Below, one piece after another: positions 59,923 to 64,000 of a stretch of DNA of 64,000 nt. The first letter of the stretch is position 1. Every line of letters starts with the position of its first letter. The translations under genes were made by a program, and so were the position numbers. The notes below the pieces were generated by a model. It was not told the origin of the DNA. It saw nothing but the letters and a program-made list of their open reading frames with translations, and searched no databases. Origin of the DNA: Mobula hypostoma. Taxonomy: Eukaryota. Location of the stretch: positions 12,338,001-12,402,000 of the forward strand of contig NC_086097.1 of assembly GCF_963921235.1 (NCBI RefSeq). The letters are read 5' to 3'.

Positions 59923-60984
59923 ATCTCCCCCATAATCTGGGTTACTTCATCTGTCTTTGTACTAATCTCCGGAAATTCCTTCCTCAACTACCATACCTTT
60001 CCCGCTATAAATATTCCTAAAAACAACACGTTATTGTTCACATTCTCTTGCGTTACTTCATATGGATTGGCATCAACTTTTGTTTAAGTAAGCTCATCTG
60101 CAATGCCTTGAGATATTAAATTAATGCAGCATATATATTGCACTTGCACAATGGGAATATTATCCCAGAATTATCCATGATAGAATACGATGGGCAATTG
60201 GAGAATAACCTTAAGCAAACATCCGACCTTAATCTCTTCCTCTCTAGAAAGTGTCCTGAGAGACCTCCATGTTAATTTGATACTCGCTGTAGATGGTGAT
60301 GGTCAAAAATCTTTGTCTCCATTCTTGCTTTGCAGCACACTATTGGCACTCTGTGCAGAAAATGCAAATTAATATGATAGTGTGTTTTGACATGCACCAA
60401 ATGTTAGAATCAAGCATGTCAATCATATCTATGAAAGGCCTATAACCGGAATCCCAGGGGTATGCTCTGAGAGTGCAGTCCCAAGGCCTAACATCATTGT
60501 AGTGCTCAGGCGGTTTCCTTTTAACCCTAAGGGACCTTCCACCCTATCAACATGCTATAAAAAAACATGATTTACTGGCCAATAGGAATAAACTTTAACA
60601 GATGGAACCCTTTCAAGAAGCAGAAATAATGAGAAACAAATCACACTTCTTAATCCGTCTATTGAATGACTTGGGCAATCCAACTTCTTTAATTAATTCC
60701 ACTAAACATTGGCCAGCTACAAACTTTATTCTTTCACAGGATGTAGATACAACAATGTAACTCATATTTACTAGCCTTCTTAGTTGTTCTTCAGATGATG
60801 GTCATTTCATTTAAGAGCTGGCTACATTGGTTGAGGCAGGTACAATACACACCTAGTATATAGCTGGACAGGTTAATAGACAGGACAGGTCCTGAGAGAC
60901 TTCAGTCACACCTGGGCATCTTGTTCCATGTGGGCCACTTGGACCAAAGGACCACCTTCCATGCTCAATGTCTCTGTTTCATTG

Positions 60985-61910
60985 AAACAAGCTGCAGAGG
61001 GTTGTAAACTTAGTCAGCTCCATCACGGGCACGATCAGGATATCTCCATCAGGACACCTTCAAGGAGCAATGCCTCAAAAAGGCCGCATCCATCATTAAA
61101 GTCTCTCATCACCTAGGACATGCTCTGATCTCATTGCTACTATCATGATGGAGGTACAGGAACATAAAGACACACACTCAGCAATTTAGGAACAGCTTCT
61201 TCTCCTCAGCCATCAGATTTCTGAATGGACATTGAACACATCTCAATGGCTCTGTTGAACCCATCACTATTTTTTCATTTCTATTTTTGCACCACTTATT
61301 TAATTCAACTGTTTAATATGTACAAGGGGTGATTGATAAGTTCATGGCCTAAGGTAGGAATCAATTTTATAAAACCTAGCACGTGTAGTTTTCAACATAG
61401 TCCCTTCCTACACTTACACACTAAATCCAGCGGTTGTGGAGTATACGGATCTTGGACCTCCAGAAAGTGTCCACAGCAAGGGTGATTGATAAGTTTGTGG
61501 CCTAAGGTAGAAGGAGATGAGTTATACAGCTCTCGTTACATGCACATACAGGTCAACACTTTGAGTGATTATGCAGAAAGTTTGAAGTTAATAACTCATC
61601 TCCTTCTACCTTAGGCCACAAACTTATCAATCACCCTTGCTGTGGACACTTTCTGGAAGTCCAAGATCCGTATGCTCCACGACCGCTGGACTAAGTGTGT
61701 AAATGTAGGAGGGGACTATGTTGAAAAATATATGTGCTAGATTTTCTAAAATTGACTCCTTTTACCTTAGGCCACGAACTTATAAATCACCCCTCATATA
61801 TATACTGTTATTCATGGTTATTTGTTCTACTATTATGTATTACAATGTATTGCTGCCGCCAAGACAACAAATTTCATGACATATGCCAATGATATTAAAC
61901 CTGATTCTGA
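60985..61910 (+). mobile_element. Rex1-type 3' remnant interrupted by a mariner MITE
   Basis: AGGAACAGCTTCTTC motif; tail ATTAAACCTGATTCTGA. Confidence 0.7.
61323..61796. mobile_element. Mariner-derived palindromic MITE with TA TSD
   Basis: TA-CAAGGGGTGATTGATAAGTTC..CTTATAAATCACCCCTCA-TA; ~200-bp inverted arms; 61666-61728 encodes IRMLHDRWTKCVNVGGDYVEK, a mariner transposase C-terminus. Confidence 0.9.
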
Positions 61911-62298
61911 CATTACTGTGACTTTGGAGTCACACAGAGATCAATTCAAGGGCAGTTGATTTCATTTCCTGAGGAACACAGTAAAGCTATTGGAAACTTA
62001 CAACAGTCTGTTAGTTTTAAGGTTGGTGTTACAGATGCCAGCTATTTACTCAAAACATACAGCAAAATGCGTTGTTTCCTTCAACAAACAGCACAGCCTG
62101 TGAATGTCGTGAGGAAAGCACATACGTGTCGCCATGCTTACGGCACCACCATCAGATGCCCACATCTTAACAACAATAACCCAGATGGGAGAAGCTACAA
62201 TCTGCTTATGGACCCCAATCGCCTGATCGCTGTTGCTCTAAAGTGTGGTGCTTACCATCATGCCACCCTTATTTAATCAGCTAAACTTAAATCCTTTC

Positions 62299-63222
62299 CA
62301 ATAGACAATAGACAATAGGTGCAGGAGTAGGCCATTCGGCCCTTTGAGCCAGCCCCGCCATTCACTGTGATCATGGCTGATCATCCACTATCAGTATCCA
62401 GTTCCTGCCTTATCCCCATAACCTTTGATTCCACTATCTTTAAGAGCTCTATCCATCTCTTTTTTGAAAGCATCCAGAGACTTGGCCTCCACAGCCTTCT
62501 GGGGCAGAGCATTCCATATATCCACCACTCTCTGGGTGAAAAAGATTTTCCTCAACTCCGTTCTAAATGGCCTACCCCTTATTCTTAAACTGTGGCCTCT
62601 GGTTCTGGACTCACCCATCAGTGGGAACATGCTTCCTGCCTCCAGCGTGTCCAATCCTTTAATAATCTTATATGTTTCAATAAGATCCCCTCTCAGCCTC
62701 CTTCTAAATTCCAGTGTATACAAGCCCAGTCGCTCCAATCTTTCAACATACGACAGTCCCGCCATCCTGGGAATTAACCTTGTGAACCTACGCTGAACTC
62801 CCTCAATAGCAAGAATGTCCTTCCTCAAATTTGGAGACCAAAACTGCACACAGTATTCCAGGTGTGGTCTCACCAGGGCCCTGTACAGCTGAAGAAGGAC
62901 CTCTTTGCTCTTATACTCAATTTCCCTTGTTATGAAGGCCAGCATGCCATTAGCTTTCTTCACAGCCTGCTGTACTTGCATGCTTGTTTTCAGTGACTGA
63001 TGTACAAGAATACCTAGATCTCGTTGTGCTTCCACTTTTCCTAACTTGACTCCATTTAGATTATAGCCTGCCTTCCCGTTCTTACCACCAAAGTGGATAA
63101 CCTCACATTTATCCAAATTAAACTGCATCTGCCATGCATCTGCCCACTCACCCAGCCTGTCCAAGTCACCCTGCATTCTCATAACATCCTCCTCACATTT
63201 CACACTGCCACCCAGCTTTGTG
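62299..63222 (-). mobile_element. CR1 LINE 3' fragment with open RT C-terminal frame
   Basis: ORF 62391-63230 homologous to the CR1 ORF2 C-terminus; (CAATAGA)n tail. Confidence 0.92.
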
Positions 63223-63225
63223 TTC

Positions 63226-63440
63226 TTCAAGATACAGCACAGCCCAATGAGCCGTACTGCCCAATTACACCCATGTGATCAATTTACCTACCAGCCTCTG
63301 GTCTTTGGACTATGGGAGGAAACTGGAGCACGTGGAGGAAACCCACACAGTCATGGGGAGAACATGCAATCTCCTTACAGAGAATGGCTGGAGATGAGCC
63401 CAGGTTGGTGGTGCTGTAACAACATGCTAACTGTGTCACC
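63226..63440 (-). mobile_element. V-SINE (antisense)
   Basis: TCTTTGGACTATGGGAGGAAACTGGAGCACGTGGAGGAAACCCACAC. Confidence 0.75.
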
Positions 63441-63612
63441 CTGGGATTTGAAATTGTATTTTTCTAGGTGATATGTTTGAGCTTCTGAATTATAAATCTC
63501 AAAGCCCAGGGAGTAGAATCAACTTTTGCTAACCTCTGATCTTTTTGTAAGGAAGTACAAATCACCTTAGAATATTTGGCTGTATCTTCAGTGTAGCTAT
63601 ATAAATGAAACT

Positions 63613-63970
63613 GAGGAGGTGTTTGAGCATAAGAAAACCAAATACTGTATCAGGAGCTGGTGGAGCAGTGCCAGAAACAGGGGTGGAGGGTACAATTTGT
63701 GCCTCTAGAAGTTGTTGCTCACTCTTGTAGAAGCTACTCTTTCCTTGGCATAATGGGGGCTGCAAAGAAAAGGACCATCAGGGCGGTCACAGAGCCTTCG
63801 GGTGGCTATGGATCAAAAGGTATAACCTGTGAACCAATGCAGCCAAGATCTGACCAATCCTGGCTGGGTCACCTGAGCGAGAGTGTCTGATGTTGAAAGA
63901 CCTGAAGCACCCGATGACCCCAGGTTACTCCACTGACGATGTGTGCCAACTCAACCTAGGATGCATCTCA
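63613..63970 (+). mobile_element. HERO-type (R2 group, restriction-like endonuclease) LINE 3' remnant
   Basis: Broken frames EEVFEHKKTKY / YQELVEQCQKQGWRVQFVPLEV..LGIMGAAKKRTIR / GWLWIKR resemble the HERO RLE C-terminus; followed by a 3' UTR. Confidence 0.7.
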
Positions 63971-64000
63971 GCATCAAAGATGTTGTGGTATCATTATCAA

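Overview
Vertebrate non-coding DNA that is very rich in repeats. The repeat spectrum (HE1-like V-SINEs, CR1 and Rex1-type LINEs, Penelope elements) points to a shark or ray; this is inferred. No host protein-coding exon, rRNA, genuine tRNA or CRISPR array is recognisable. Main contents: two young, closely similar minus-strand CR1 LINEs with uninterrupted APE-RT ORF2 (one keeps part of an SGNH-esterase ORF1), older CR1 and Rex1/Babar-like remnants, Penelope-like elements with GIY-YIG and minimal hammerhead motifs, a decayed near-complete CsRn1-type Gypsy LTR element, a Mag-type Gypsy remnant, a HERO-type RLE LINE 3' end, Tc1/mariner/hAT/Tigger derivatives and many SINEs, often nested. Best leads: (1) the CR1 ORF1/ORF2 junction has a U_UUA_AAC slippery heptamer inside a 16-nt overlap, and ORF2 is in the -1 frame with no AUG until codon 202, suggesting programmed -1 frameshifting in a LINE; (2) a possible non-cyclically permuted hammerhead in the HERO 3' UTR; (3) Penelope minimal hammerheads and pLTR-derived hairpins. 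Boundaries of old remnants are approximate and family names come from motif recognition, not database searches.
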